The notes beneath the pieces were generated by a model. The model was not told where the DNA came from, made no database searches, and was given only the letters and a program-made list of their open reading frames with translations. Position numbers and translations under genes: made by a program. Below are positions 1 to 9,601 of a stretch of DNA of 64,000 nucleotides, one piece after another. Each line of letters opens with the position of its first letter. Position 1 is the stretch's first letter. This DNA comes from an uncultured Thermoleophilia bacterium (GTDB lineage: Bacteria; Actinomycetota; Thermoleophilia; UBA2241), in NCBI GenBank assembly GCA_963702475.1, contig CAVPCT010000006.1:32001-96000 (forward strand), in the 5' to 3' direction.

Positions 1-908
1 CCGAGCGCCTGGGCTTCGCGGTGCGCGGCGCCCGCGCGTACGGGCCGGGCGTGGCCGACATGAAGGGCGGGCTGGTGCTCGCGCTCGCCGTGCTCGAGGC
101 GCTCGGCGGCGGGGACCGGCCCTTCGGCGCCGTGGAGCTGGTCAGCGTACCGGACGAGGAGACGCGCCCGCACGGCGCCTTCGACGTGCTCGATCGTGTG
201 CGCGGAGCGGACGCGTGTCTGGTGCTCGAGTGCGCGCGCGAGAACGGGGACCTCGTCTTCGCGCGCAAGGCGCAGGCGTGCTTCGCGCTGGCCGCGCGAG
301 GGCGCAGCGCCCACGCCGGCACCCACCCGGAGCGCGGGCGCAGCGCTCTCCTGGCCCTGTGCCGCGAGGCCCTGCGCCTGGATGCGCTCAACGGCGTCCG
401 CCCGGGCCTCACCGTCACCGTCGGCACCATGCACGCCGGCACGCACTTCGCCACGGTGCCCGATGTGGCCGAGGCCGAGGTGGACGTGCGCGCCTGGGCG
501 CAGGACGACGTCGGCTGGGCACTCGACGAGGCGCGTGCCGTCGGCGCGCACGATGGCGTCGCGATCGCCGTGGAGAGGCTCTCACGCTGGCCGGGGATGA
601 CCGCGTCGCCGGCCTCTCTCGCGTTGCTGGACGCGGCCGAGGAGCTCGGGCGCCGGCTGGGTACTCCCGTCGGCCGGCGTCGCACCGGCGGCTCCAGCGA
701 CGGCTGCTGGACGGCCGTCGCCGGCGTCCCGACCGTCGACGGGCTCGGGCCGATAGGGGGCAACGACCACTCCCCGGACGAGTACATCGACCTCGATTCC
801 TGGCCGGCGCGCTGCGCGCTGCTGGCCGGGGTCATCTGTGCCGTGGCCGAGGCGGAGGGTCCGCCGCGCCGCCGCCCGGCACGAGGCAAGGAGGGGACCC
901 ATGACTGA
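1..908 (+). CDS. M20/M25/M40 family metallo-hydrolase (glutamate carboxypeptidase-like), 5' partial
   Basis: GPGVADMKGG, PDEE, GRSAHAG, GGSSDG and HSPDEY motifs; the frame is open to the window edge. Confidence 0.88.
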   Translation, partial: ERLGFAVRGARAYGPGVADMKGGLVLALAVLEALGGGDRPFGAVELVSVPDEETRPHGAFDVLDRVRGADACLVLECARENGDLVFARKAQACFALAARGRSAHAGTHPERGRSALLALCREALRLDALNGVRPGLTVTVGTMHAGTHFATVPDVAEAEVDVRAWAQDDVGWALDEARAVGAHDGVAIAVERLSRWPGMTASPASLALLDAAEELGRRLGTPVGRRRTGGSSDGCWTAVAGVPTVDGLGPIGGNDHSPDEYIDLDSWPARCALLAGVICAVAEAEGPPRRRPARGKEGTHD

Positions 909-2340
909 GACCCAGGGCGCGCCGCCCGGCCCGGACGCACGCTCGCGGAGCGGCCCGAGCGCTCCCGCCGGCCCCGTCACCCGCGATGAGCTGCTCCGCC
1001 TGATCGCCTCGGGAGCCGTGGAGACCGTGATTCTCGCCGCACCCGACCGCTACGGCAGGCTGTTCGGCAAACGCGTCCACGGGCCGTTCTTCGCCGAGGA
1101 CCCGGAACAGGGCATGATGACCTGCTCCGTCAACGTGGCCTGGGACCTCGGCCAGGACTTCGTCGGGCACCTCGACTACACCGGCTGGCACACCGGCTAC
1201 CACGACATGCACGGGCGCCCAGACATGGTGACTGCGCGCGTGCTGCCGTGGGCTGACCGGACGGCGCTCATCCTCTGCGACCTCGTCGAGGAGGACGGCA
1301 CCGACATCCCGGTGGCCCCGCGCACGATGCTGCGGCGGCAGCTCGACCGTGCCGCCGCCGCCGGCTTCACCTGCGTGACCGCCTCGGAGCTCGAGTTCCA
1401 CGTGTTCCGCGAGAGCTATGACGAGGCGCGCGCCAAGGGGTACCGCGAGCTCACCGCGGCGCCGGGCTACTGCAACGACTACCTGATCCTCGCGCAGGCG
1501 CAGGTGGAGCCCTTCCTCGCCGACGTGCGGCGCACGCTCACCGACGTCGGCGTGCCCGTGGAGTGCAGCAAGGGGGAGTACGGCTGGGGTCAGACGGAGG
1601 TGAACCTGCGCTACGCCGAAGCCATGGAGTCCGCCGACCGCCACGTGCTGTACAAGGAAGGCGTCAAGGAGTTCGCCCAGCGGCACGGCCTGAGCGTGAC
1701 GTTCATGGCGCTGCCCTTCGCGGGGACGGCGGCGTCGGCGCAGCCTCCGTCCGGCTCGAGCTGCCACATCCACGTCAGCCTGTGGGACGCCGCCGCGGAG
1801 GCGAACCTGTTCGCCGGCGGCGAGACGCAGTCGGAGACGTCGCGGCATTTCCTCGGCGGCCTCATGCGTTGCCTGCCCGAGCTGATGCCGCTGCTGGCGC
1901 CGAACGTGAACTCGTACAAGCGCCTGCGCGGAGAGGATTTCGCGCCGTGCTCCAACGCCTGGGGCCACGATAACCGCTCGGTGGCGTTCCGCCTGGTCGG
2001 CGAGGGCGCCGCCGCGCGTATCGAGAACCGCGTGCCCGGCGCCGACGTGAACCCGTACCTGGCGTACGCGGCCATGATCGGCGCGGGGCTGTACGGCCTC
2101 GAGCATGGCCTGGAGCCGGGACCCTTCGCCGCGGACAACGCCCGCGAGATGCCCGGCGTCGAGCGGCTGCCGCGTTCGCTGGCGGAGGCGCTTGCGCGCT
2201 TCCGCGAGTCCGAGCTGGCGGCGGAGGTCCTCACGGCCGAGGTGGTCCGGTACTGCACCACCTTCATCGAGCACGAGCTGGAGGCCTACGAGAGCGCGGT
2301 CACCGACTGGGAGCGGGCCGTGTTGTACGAGCAGGCGTAG
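901..2340 (+). CDS. Glutamine synthetase-like gamma-glutamylamide synthetase (GlnA4/PuuA-like)
   Basis: ELEF, GEYGWGQTEVN, SSCHIHVSLW, NSYKRL and RIENRVPGADVNPYLA motifs; ATG at 901 after GAGGGG. Confidence 0.9.
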   Translation: MTETQGAPPGPDARSRSGPSAPAGPVTRDELLRLIASGAVETVILAAPDRYGRLFGKRVHGPFFAEDPEQGMMTCSVNVAWDLGQDFVGHLDYTGWHTGYHDMHGRPDMVTARVLPWADRTALILCDLVEEDGTDIPVAPRTMLRRQLDRAAAAGFTCVTASELEFHVFRESYDEARAKGYRELTAAPGYCNDYLILAQAQVEPFLADVRRTLTDVGVPVECSKGEYGWGQTEVNLRYAEAMESADRHVLYKEGVKEFAQRHGLSVTFMALPFAGTAASAQPPSGSSCHIHVSLWDAAAEANLFAGGETQSETSRHFLGGLMRCLPELMPLLAPNVNSYKRLRGEDFAPCSNAWGHDNRSVAFRLVGEGAAARIENRVPGADVNPYLAYAAMIGAGLYGLEHGLEPGPFAADNAREMPGVERLPRSLAEALARFRESELAAEVLTAEVVRYCTTFIEHELEAYESAVTDWERAVLYEQA

Positions 2341-2397
2341 CGAGACGCGAACGCGCCGGTGGGCGTCGCCGGCCGGCGCACAGACGAGGAGAGGCAC

Positions 2398-3165
2398 ATG
2401 GGAGAGAGGCTGCAGGGCAAGGTCGCGCTGATCACCGGCGCGGGGATGGGCATGGGGCGCGAGGCCTGCGAGGTGTTCGCCGGAGAGGGCGCGCGGATCG
2501 TGGCCCTCGATGTTGACGAGGCGGCGCTGGCGCAGACGGCCGCCGCCGTGACGCAGGCCGCGGGCGAGATCCTGACCGTCGTGACCGACGTGGCCGATGA
2601 AGCCGCGGTCAAGGCCGCCGTGGAGGCGGGTTGCGCCCGTTTCGGCGGCCTGCACATCCTCTACAACAACGCCGGCGTGCTGTGGCGCGACAAGGACTTC
2701 GGCGTGCTCGACACCGATTCGGACGTGTGGGACCGGGTGATGGGCATCAACCTCAAAGGCATGGTCTGGGTGTGCAAGTTCGGCATCCCCAAGCTCATCG
2801 AGGCCGGCGGCGGCGCCGTCGTCAACATCGGCTCGGTGTCGGCACTGCTCGGCGACCCCGTACCGCAGGACGCCTACTCGTGCAGCAAAGGCGCCGTCAT
2901 CTCCTTGACGCGCTCGCTGGCCGTGCAGTTCGCGCCCCACAACGTGCGCGCCAACTGCATCCACCCGGGCTTCGTGATGACGCCGATGCAGGCGGAGAAG
3001 ACGGTCAGCCAGGAGTGGATCGACGGCGCCTGCGAGTACATCCCGCTGGGGCGCCTGGGGCAGCCGCGCGACATCGTCAACGCAGCCCTCTTCCTCGCCG
3101 GCGACGAGGCCGCGTACATCACAGGTGCGGAGCTCGTCGTCGACGGCGGCTCCATGGTGATCTGA
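2398..3165 (+). CDS. SDR family oxidoreductase
   Basis: TGAGMGMG, NNAG, YSCSK catalytic motif, VVDGG. Confidence 0.92.
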   Translation: MGERLQGKVALITGAGMGMGREACEVFAGEGARIVALDVDEAALAQTAAAVTQAAGEILTVVTDVADEAAVKAAVEAGCARFGGLHILYNNAGVLWRDKDFGVLDTDSDVWDRVMGINLKGMVWVCKFGIPKLIEAGGGAVVNIGSVSALLGDPVPQDAYSCSKGAVISLTRSLAVQFAPHNVRANCIHPGFVMTPMQAEKTVSQEWIDGACEYIPLGRLGQPRDIVNAALFLAGDEAAYITGAELVVDGGSMVI

Positions 3166-3182
3166 GAAAGGCGGGCAGAGCG

Positions 3183-4694
3183 ATGAGCGAGACGAGTACG
3201 GCGGGCGCCGGGCGCAGCAGCGAGGACGGCCGCCACTACCGCATGTATATCGACGGGTCGTTCGTGGAGGCGGAGAGCGGCGCCCGCGACGAGGTCGAGG
3301 ACCCGTCCGCCGGCGAGGTGTTCGCGACGTGCGCCCGGGCCGGCGCGGCCGACGCCGAGCGCGCCATCCGCGCCGCCAGGCGCGCCTTCGACGACGGTCC
3401 CTGGGGCCGCGCGACGGGACCGGAGCGGGCCGACCTGCTGCGCGCCGTGGCCGCCGGCCTGCGCGAGCGCGCGGAGGAGATCGGCCGTCTCGAGACCCTG
3501 CAGCAGGGGCACCTCATCGCCGAGAGCGTCGATGAGGTGGGCGGCTGCGCGCGGACGTTCGAGTACTTCGCGGGGCTGGCCTGCGACAGGCAGGGCCAGC
3601 CGCTCAAGTTCGAGGGTGACCTCTCGAGCGCCGTGACCCGCGAGCCCGCGGGCGTGGTCGCGGCGATCGTCCCCTGGAACTACCCGATCGACATCGCCGT
3701 GGGCAAGGTGGCGCCGGCGCTGGCGGCCGGCAACACGGTCGTCCTCAAGCCGGCCTCCGTCACCCCGCTGACGGCCCTGCTGCTGGCGGAGGTCTTCCAC
3801 GCCGCCGGCGCGCCGCCCGGCGTCGTGCAGGTCGTCACCGGTCCCGGCGGCGAGGTCGGCGCCGCGCTGGCTGCCTCGCCGTTCGTCGACCTGGTCACGC
3901 TCACCGGCAGCGTCGAGGTCGGCCGGGAGGTGAGGCGCCTCGCCGCCGACACTGTCAAGAAGTGCGTCCTCGAGCTGGGCGGCAAGAGCGCCAACGTGGT
4001 GTTCGCAGACTGCGGCTTCGAGGCGGCGATCCAGGGCCAGATGCTGGCCATGTTCACCACCGCCGGCCAGGTGTGCACCGCCGGCACGAGGCTGATCGTC
4101 GAGCGCGGCCTGCACGACGAGTTCGTGGCCGCCCTCGCGAAGCGCGCCGCAGGACTCGTCATCGGTGCGGCCATCGACCCGGCCACCGAGATGGGCCCGC
4201 TTGTCTCCGCCCAGCAGCTGGCGACAGTGGAGCGCTACGTCGCCAAGGGCCTGGAGGAGGGTGCTCACCTGGTCTGCGGCGGCCGGCGCATCGACCGGCC
4301 CGGCTACTTCTACGAGCCCACGGTCTTCACCGGCGTCACTCCCGACATGACGATCGCCCGCGAGGAGATCTTCGGCCCCGTGCTCGTGGTCATGCCGTTC
4401 GACGACGAGGATGAGGCTGTCGCGCTGGCCAACGACACCGACTACGGTCTCTCCGCCGGCGTCTGGACGACGAATCTGTCGCGCGCGCTGCGCGTGAGCA
4501 GCCGCCTGCGGGCCGGCGCGATCTGGGTCAACACCTGGTTCGCCTCGCTGGCGAGCGCCGCCGGCGGCGGGCGCAAGCTCAGCGGCGTCGGCGTCGAGGG
4601 CGGTCTGCCCGGTTTCGAGGAGTACACGGAGGTGAAGCACGTGGCGATGAACCTGAGTGACGAGCCGAACGGGTACTACCCGGCCAAGGAGTGA
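3183..4694 (+). CDS. NAD-dependent aldehyde dehydrogenase
   Basis: PWNYP, LELGGKS, GQVCTAG, EEIFGP; the real start is inside ORF 2631..4694. Confidence 0.95.
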   Translation: MSETSTAGAGRSSEDGRHYRMYIDGSFVEAESGARDEVEDPSAGEVFATCARAGAADAERAIRAARRAFDDGPWGRATGPERADLLRAVAAGLRERAEEIGRLETLQQGHLIAESVDEVGGCARTFEYFAGLACDRQGQPLKFEGDLSSAVTREPAGVVAAIVPWNYPIDIAVGKVAPALAAGNTVVLKPASVTPLTALLLAEVFHAAGAPPGVVQVVTGPGGEVGAALAASPFVDLVTLTGSVEVGREVRRLAADTVKKCVLELGGKSANVVFADCGFEAAIQGQMLAMFTTAGQVCTAGTRLIVERGLHDEFVAALAKRAAGLVIGAAIDPATEMGPLVSAQQLATVERYVAKGLEEGAHLVCGGRRIDRPGYFYEPTVFTGVTPDMTIAREEIFGPVLVVMPFDDEDEAVALANDTDYGLSAGVWTTNLSRALRVSSRLRAGAIWVNTWFASLASAAGGGRKLSGVGVEGGLPGFEEYTEVKHVAMNLSDEPNGYYPAKE

Positions 4695-4700
4695 CGCGCC

Positions 4701-4982
4701 ATGATCGTGCACCTGTCGATCCACACGCCCGGGCCCGGCAGAGAGAGCGACCTCATCGCGTCCATGCACCGCTTCGGCGCGGCGGCCGCGGGCGCGCCGG
4801 GCCTCATCGACGTGAAGACGCTGCGCGACCGCCGCACGGGTCGTCTGATCGGGATGGCCCGCTGGCAGAATGAAGCCTCCTGGGAGGCCGGCGTCGCGGC
4901 GATGCGTGCGGCCGTCGCGGACGATCCGTTCGACGAGTGGGAGACGCAGGAGCCGGAGAGCTTCCTGCTGGATGAAGTCTGA
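4701..4982 (+). CDS. Antibiotic biosynthesis monooxygenase (ABM)-like small protein
   Basis: 93 aa with a ferredoxin-like ABM pattern (PGLID..., RWQNEASWEA). Confidence 0.65.
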   Translation: MIVHLSIHTPGPGRESDLIASMHRFGAAAAGAPGLIDVKTLRDRRTGRLIGMARWQNEASWEAGVAAMRAAVADDPFDEWETQEPESFLLDEV

Positions 4983-5052
4983 GTGCGGGCGCCGTGAGGG
5001 GTTCGTCTCCCCCCCGGGCCCCCCGGGCGCCGGTGACCAGCTGGAGGTGGGC

Positions 5053-6417
5053 GTGAACGGGCGAGTCTCCAACGGAGAACGTCATGACGTGGTGGTCGTG
5101 GGCGCCGGCGTGTCCGGTCTGGCGACGGCGTGGCACCTGCGCGACCGCGACGTCCTCGTTGTGGAAGAGACGGACCGCCTGGGCGGTCGCATCAAGTCGA
5201 TGCCGCGCGCCGACACCTGGCTGAACTTCGGCGCGCACGTGTACGGCGGCGACGGCACCGCGACCGACCGGCTGCTCCGCGGGCTCGGGGTGCTCGCCCT
5301 GCCATTGCCGGGCAAGCTGGCGGCGCTCGCCTTCGCCGGCAGGACCGTCACGAGCCCGGTGGAGACGTACCCGGCGCTGCTCCCTCTGTCGCCGGCGTCG
5401 CGCGCGGCGCTCGTGCGCGCCGGCCTGCGCCTTCGGGCGGACGTGTGGCGCTACGCGCGCGCGGCGAAGGCGCGCCCGGGGGAGACGCCCGCCGAGCGGC
5501 AGGCGCGGATCCTGCGGTTCATGGACGACGAGTCGTTCACCGCGCACATGGGACCCTTGCCGCACGACGTGGATGCCATGTTCCGCTGCACGCTCACGCG
5601 CTCCTCGGGCGACCCGGAGGAACTCGCCGCCGGCTACGGTATCGGCTACTTCAACCTCGTCTGGGACCGCTCTTCCGGGCTGTCGCGGGGCATCGTCGGC
5701 GGCCCGGGGACGATCGCCGCGCGGCTGGCCACGATGCTGCCGCCGGTCGAGACGGGGTCCCGCGTGACCGGGGTGGAGCAGGATGCCGCCGGCGTGAGGG
5801 TGACGATCCGCCGCGGCGACGACGAACGCGTGGTCGCCGCGGCGGCGGCCGTCGTGGCCGCGCCGGCGCCGGTGGCGGCCGAGGTCGTCGCCGGCCTGCC
5901 GGCCGACACCGAGGCCGCCCTGCGCGCCGTGCGCTACGGTCCCTACGTCGTCGGCGCGTTCCTCGTCGAGGGGGACGATCTGCCGTGGCGGGGTCTCTAC
6001 GCCGTGGCCACGCCGGGGCGCAGCTTCAGCATGGCCTACAACATCGGGAACGTGCAGGAACACCCGGCCGTGCCCAGGCCGCGGCACGGCAGCATCATGG
6101 TGTACACGGCCGCGTCCCAGGGCCGGCGGCTGCTCGAGCAGGATGACGAGACGATCGTCGCCCTGTACCGGCGCGACCTCGCCGAGGTCTTTCCCGGCTG
6201 CGAGGGGCGCATCCGCGACGTGGTCATCCAACGCTGGCCGCGCGGCATCCCGTTCGCGCACGTGGGTCGGGGGCGTCTGCAGGCTGCCCTCATGCGGCCG
6301 CTCGGCCGCGTGCACCTCGTGGGCGACTACCTGGGCACCAGATACGTGGAGACGTGCCTCGAGACCGCCGAGGCGGCGGCGCTGCATGTGAGGGACCAGC
6401 TGCCGGCGCGCGCATGA
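5053..6417 (+). CDS. FAD-dependent oxidoreductase (flavin amine oxidase/protoporphyrinogen oxidase superfamily)
   Basis: VVVVGAGVSGLA, RLGGRIKS, LNFGAH, LVGDYL; GGAGG RBS. Confidence 0.85.
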   Translation: MNGRVSNGERHDVVVVGAGVSGLATAWHLRDRDVLVVEETDRLGGRIKSMPRADTWLNFGAHVYGGDGTATDRLLRGLGVLALPLPGKLAALAFAGRTVTSPVETYPALLPLSPASRAALVRAGLRLRADVWRYARAAKARPGETPAERQARILRFMDDESFTAHMGPLPHDVDAMFRCTLTRSSGDPEELAAGYGIGYFNLVWDRSSGLSRGIVGGPGTIAARLATMLPPVETGSRVTGVEQDAAGVRVTIRRGDDERVVAAAAAVVAAPAPVAAEVVAGLPADTEAALRAVRYGPYVVGAFLVEGDDLPWRGLYAVATPGRSFSMAYNIGNVQEHPAVPRPRHGSIMVYTAASQGRRLLEQDDETIVALYRRDLAEVFPGCEGRIRDVVIQRWPRGIPFAHVGRGRLQAALMRPLGRVHLVGDYLGTRYVETCLETAEAAALHVRDQLPARA

Positions 6418-6561
6418 GTCCGGTGACGTGCCGAGCCCGAGGAGAGATGAGAGGTCGTCGTCGCGGGCGCCGCCGACGGCTCGGAGCCACGCGACTTCTA
6501 CAAGGTTTACGCTGCTTTATGGTTCATTGCTAAACTAGCGTGAGCATCGTACTCTTGCTCT

Positions 6562-7758
6562 GTGGACCCACGCGAGAACCCCTACACTCCCAACGCCGGC
6601 GCCCGGCCTCCTCTTCTGGCGGGCCGGGAGGGCGAGCTCGCCGCGTTCGATCTTCTCGTGTCGAGGCTCGCGCGCGGCCGCCCACAGCAGTCGATGGTGG
6701 TCACCGGACTGAGGGGTGTCGGTAAGACCGTGCTGCTCGGCGAGTTCAGGACGATGACCGAGGCGCACGGGTGGGTGGCGGCGGAGGTGGAGATCACCCG
6801 GCAGACGGCCTTCGCGCAGCGCATGGCCCTGCTCGCGCGGCGGGCGCTGCTCCAGGTCGCGCCGCGCGCGAGGTGGCGCGACCGGGCTCGGCGTGCCGCG
6901 GGAGTCCTCCGTTCGTTCACGCTGACTGTCTCCGCGGAGGGAGCTTGGACGGCGGGTCTCGATCTCGACCCCGTGGAGGGCGAGGGGGACAGCGGCCTGC
7001 TCGCTGAGGATCTCTCGGACGTCTTCGTGACGCTGGGCGAGGCCGCGCAGGAGCACGAGACCGGTGTCGTGTTCCTTCTCGACGAGATGCACTTCCTCGC
7101 CGCCGAGGAGTTCGAGGCGCTCATCGCAGCTCTGCACAAGACGGTGCAGCGTGCCTTGCCGATCACCCTTGCGGGTGCCGGGCTGCCGCTCCTGCCGCGT
7201 CTTGCGGGCGAGGCCAAGTCGTATGCGCAACGCCTCTTCACGTTCCCGGTCATCGGGAGGCTGACTGAAGCGGAGGCCACCGAGGCGCTCGTCGGGCCGG
7301 CTGAGGAAGCCGGCGCGGCGTTCGCGCCGGAGGCCGCGGCCGAGATCGTGGCCTACGCAGACGGCTACCCCTACTTCGTCCAGGAGTACGGGGCGGCGGC
7401 GTGGGACGCATCGCCGTCGCCACGCATGGGCCTGGGCGTCGTGGAAGAGGTCAGGGCACTGGTCGACGCCAAGTTGGACGAGGGGTTCTTCCGCGTCCGC
7501 GCGGAGCGTGCCGCGCCGCACGAGCTCCGGTACCTTCGCGCCATGGCGAGTCTGGGGCCCGGGCCGCACAAGGCGCGTGCCGTGGCGGCCGTGCTCGGGG
7601 TCTCGTCGGCGCGTCTCGCCCCGACGCGGTCGCGCCTGATCGAGAAGGGGCTGCTGTATACGCCCGGCTACGGGCTTGCGGCGTTCACGGTGCCTCAGTT
7701 CGACTGGTACCTGCTGCGCAACTACGCGGAGTCGGGCGAGGGCTCCGCGTCCCACTGA
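6562..7758 (+). CDS. AAA ATPase (AAA_16-type) with probable C-terminal wHTH
   Basis: NPYTP start, Walker A GLRGVGKT, Walker B LLDE, GYPYFVQ. Confidence 0.85.
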   Translation: MDPRENPYTPNAGARPPLLAGREGELAAFDLLVSRLARGRPQQSMVVTGLRGVGKTVLLGEFRTMTEAHGWVAAEVEITRQTAFAQRMALLARRALLQVAPRARWRDRARRAAGVLRSFTLTVSAEGAWTAGLDLDPVEGEGDSGLLAEDLSDVFVTLGEAAQEHETGVVFLLDEMHFLAAEEFEALIAALHKTVQRALPITLAGAGLPLLPRLAGEAKSYAQRLFTFPVIGRLTEAEATEALVGPAEEAGAAFAPEAAAEIVAYADGYPYFVQEYGAAAWDASPSPRMGLGVVEEVRALVDAKLDEGFFRVRAERAAPHELRYLRAMASLGPGPHKARAVAAVLGVSSARLAPTRSRLIEKGLLYTPGYGLAAFTVPQFDWYLLRNYAESGEGSASH

Positions 7759-7769
7759 GGGAGGTCGCC

Positions 7770-8528
7770 GTGGAGGGACTCGCCGACAAGGTCGTGCTGG
7801 TCACCGGCGGGTCGTCGGGCATCGGCGAGGCCTGCGCGCGGCGCCTCGCCGTAGAGGGCTGCGCGGTCATGGTGGCCGGCAGGGACGAGGTGAAGACGAA
7901 GGCCGTCGCCGAGAGCCTCCTGCCGGCCGGCAGGCACGGCTGCGTGACCGGGGACGTGCGGGACGTCGGCGAGTGTCGCGCGCTCGTCACCGCGACGATG
8001 GAGCGGTACGGCCAGCTGGACGTGCTCGTGCACTGCGCCGGCGTGTGGGACGAGCGTCCCACGCTGGACGTGAGCGAAGACGACTGGGACGAGGTGCTCG
8101 ACACCTGTCTGAAGGGCGCGTTCTTCACCATGCAGGCCGCGCTCGAGCCGATGATCGAGGCCGGCGGCGGGGTGATCGTCGCGATCGCCAGCGATTCCGG
8201 GCACCACGGCGAGCCCGGCGCCGCGGCCTACGGGGCCGCCAAAGCCGGGCTCATCAGCGTGGTGCGCACGCTGGCGCACGACCACGGCCCGCAGGGCGTG
8301 CGCGTGTGCGCCGTCTCGCCGGGCATCATCGAGACGCCGATGCTCGAGCGGGCCGTGGCGGCCGCCGCAGACCCCCGGATCTACGCCGGCTGGCAGGCCG
8401 ACGGCTACCCCCTGGGGCGGGTCGGCCGGCCCGAGGAGGTGGCCGCCGTGGTCGCGTTCGTGGCCAGCGACGAGGCGAGCTTCGTCACCGGCGACTCCTG
8501 GCTCGTCGACGGCGGCTTCTGCGCCTGA
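7770..8528 (+). CDS. SDR family oxidoreductase
   Basis: TGGSSGIG, YGAAK, LVDGG; GGAGG RBS. Confidence 0.92.
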   Translation: MEGLADKVVLVTGGSSGIGEACARRLAVEGCAVMVAGRDEVKTKAVAESLLPAGRHGCVTGDVRDVGECRALVTATMERYGQLDVLVHCAGVWDERPTLDVSEDDWDEVLDTCLKGAFFTMQAALEPMIEAGGGVIVAIASDSGHHGEPGAAAYGAAKAGLISVVRTLAHDHGPQGVRVCAVSPGIIETPMLERAVAAAADPRIYAGWQADGYPLGRVGRPEEVAAVVAFVASDEASFVTGDSWLVDGGFCA

Positions 8529-8530
8529 CG

Positions 8531-9457
8531 ATGGACCTGCCGCCGCCGGAGGAGCTCGAGGCAGGGTCGCCGCCGGGTCGGCACGCCCCCGGCGCGTCGC
8601 ACCTGAGCCGCAGTCTGCGGCAGCCGCGCACGCGGGAGGACCGCACGGCGGCCCGCGACGCCCGTCGCCGCGCGTTGCGCCGCCGCCGGCTTATCGCCTT
8701 CCTCGTGCTGGCGGCGGCGGTCGTGCTGGTCCTCGTGCTGGTCGCGCGTGCCTGCGGCGGCGCGCCCTCCGGCGCCTCCACCGCCGCGAGCCCGTCGCCG
8801 ACGCCGACCGCTCTGCGCACGCCGACGTCCGCGACGCCGTTGCGCATGGCCGCCTACGGCGACTCCGTGGGCGGCGGCGCCCTGCTCGGCCTCAAGCTCC
8901 TCACCGCCGAACGCAAGGACATCAAGGTCCACCGCTTCGTGAAGGTCGCGACCGGGCTGGCCAGGCCCGACTACTTCGACTGGCCCGCTTACCTCGCGGA
9001 GGACATGGCGAAGCGCAAGCGGCCGTTCGAGGCGGTCCTCGTGATGCTGGGCGCCAACGACGGGCAGAACGTGGTGGCCGATGGCGAGGGACTCGGGTTC
9101 GGCACGCGCTCGTGGAAGAAGATGTACGCGAAGCGCGTCGGCGCGGTCATGGACTTCTACCTGAAGCACGGCGTGAAGAAGGTGTACTGGGCCGGCATGC
9201 CGCGCATGGGTACCACCGGGTTCAGCAAGCGGATGGCCGTGCTGAACGAGATCTACGAGGCCGAGGCGCAGAAGCGCGCACCGCGCGTGGAGTACGTGGA
9301 TGCTTGGACCGCCGTCGACGCGCCGAAGGAAACGTACCAGGCGACCCTGCGGCAGGAGGACGGCGTGCACCTCTCTGTGGACGGCGGCCGCAAGGTCGCG
9401 CGCGAGGTGCTGGACGCCGTCGCGCGCGACTGGCACCTGCCGGCGTTCAAGGAGTGA
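8531..9457 (+). CDS. Membrane-anchored SGNH/GDSL hydrolase (DUF459-like)
   Basis: One TM helix, GDS, GAND and DGVH SGNH blocks, TGLARPDYFDW. Confidence 0.82.
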   Translation: MDLPPPEELEAGSPPGRHAPGASHLSRSLRQPRTREDRTAARDARRRALRRRRLIAFLVLAAAVVLVLVLVARACGGAPSGASTAASPSPTPTALRTPTSATPLRMAAYGDSVGGGALLGLKLLTAERKDIKVHRFVKVATGLARPDYFDWPAYLAEDMAKRKRPFEAVLVMLGANDGQNVVADGEGLGFGTRSWKKMYAKRVGAVMDFYLKHGVKKVYWAGMPRMGTTGFSKRMAVLNEIYEAEAQKRAPRVEYVDAWTAVDAPKETYQATLRQEDGVHLSVDGGRKVAREVLDAVARDWHLPAFKE

Positions 9458-9601
9458 CCGACGCAGCAGGATCGGCGAGCGGGCGCGGCGTGCTGACCGC
9501 CGGAGCCCCTGCGTCCGCTGCCCGTCCGGTCGCCCCGGCCGGCGTTCTGGCCCACGGCTCCCCGCGCCGCGCCGTTGTCGCGTTCCGATAGGATGGCCGT
9601 G

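Noticed and set aside
6447-6533. Arg-rich 28-aa ORF (MRGRRRGRRRR...) with a GAGGAG RBS as an arginine leader peptide
   Set aside because: The Arg codons are the off-frame reading of GTC GTC GTC GCG (VVVAGA, a Rossmann-like start), so a gene stub is more likely; no attenuator is evident
6562-7758. AAA ATPase as an anti-phage defence system
   Set aside because: No effector, nuclease partner or defence context; a common stand-alone family
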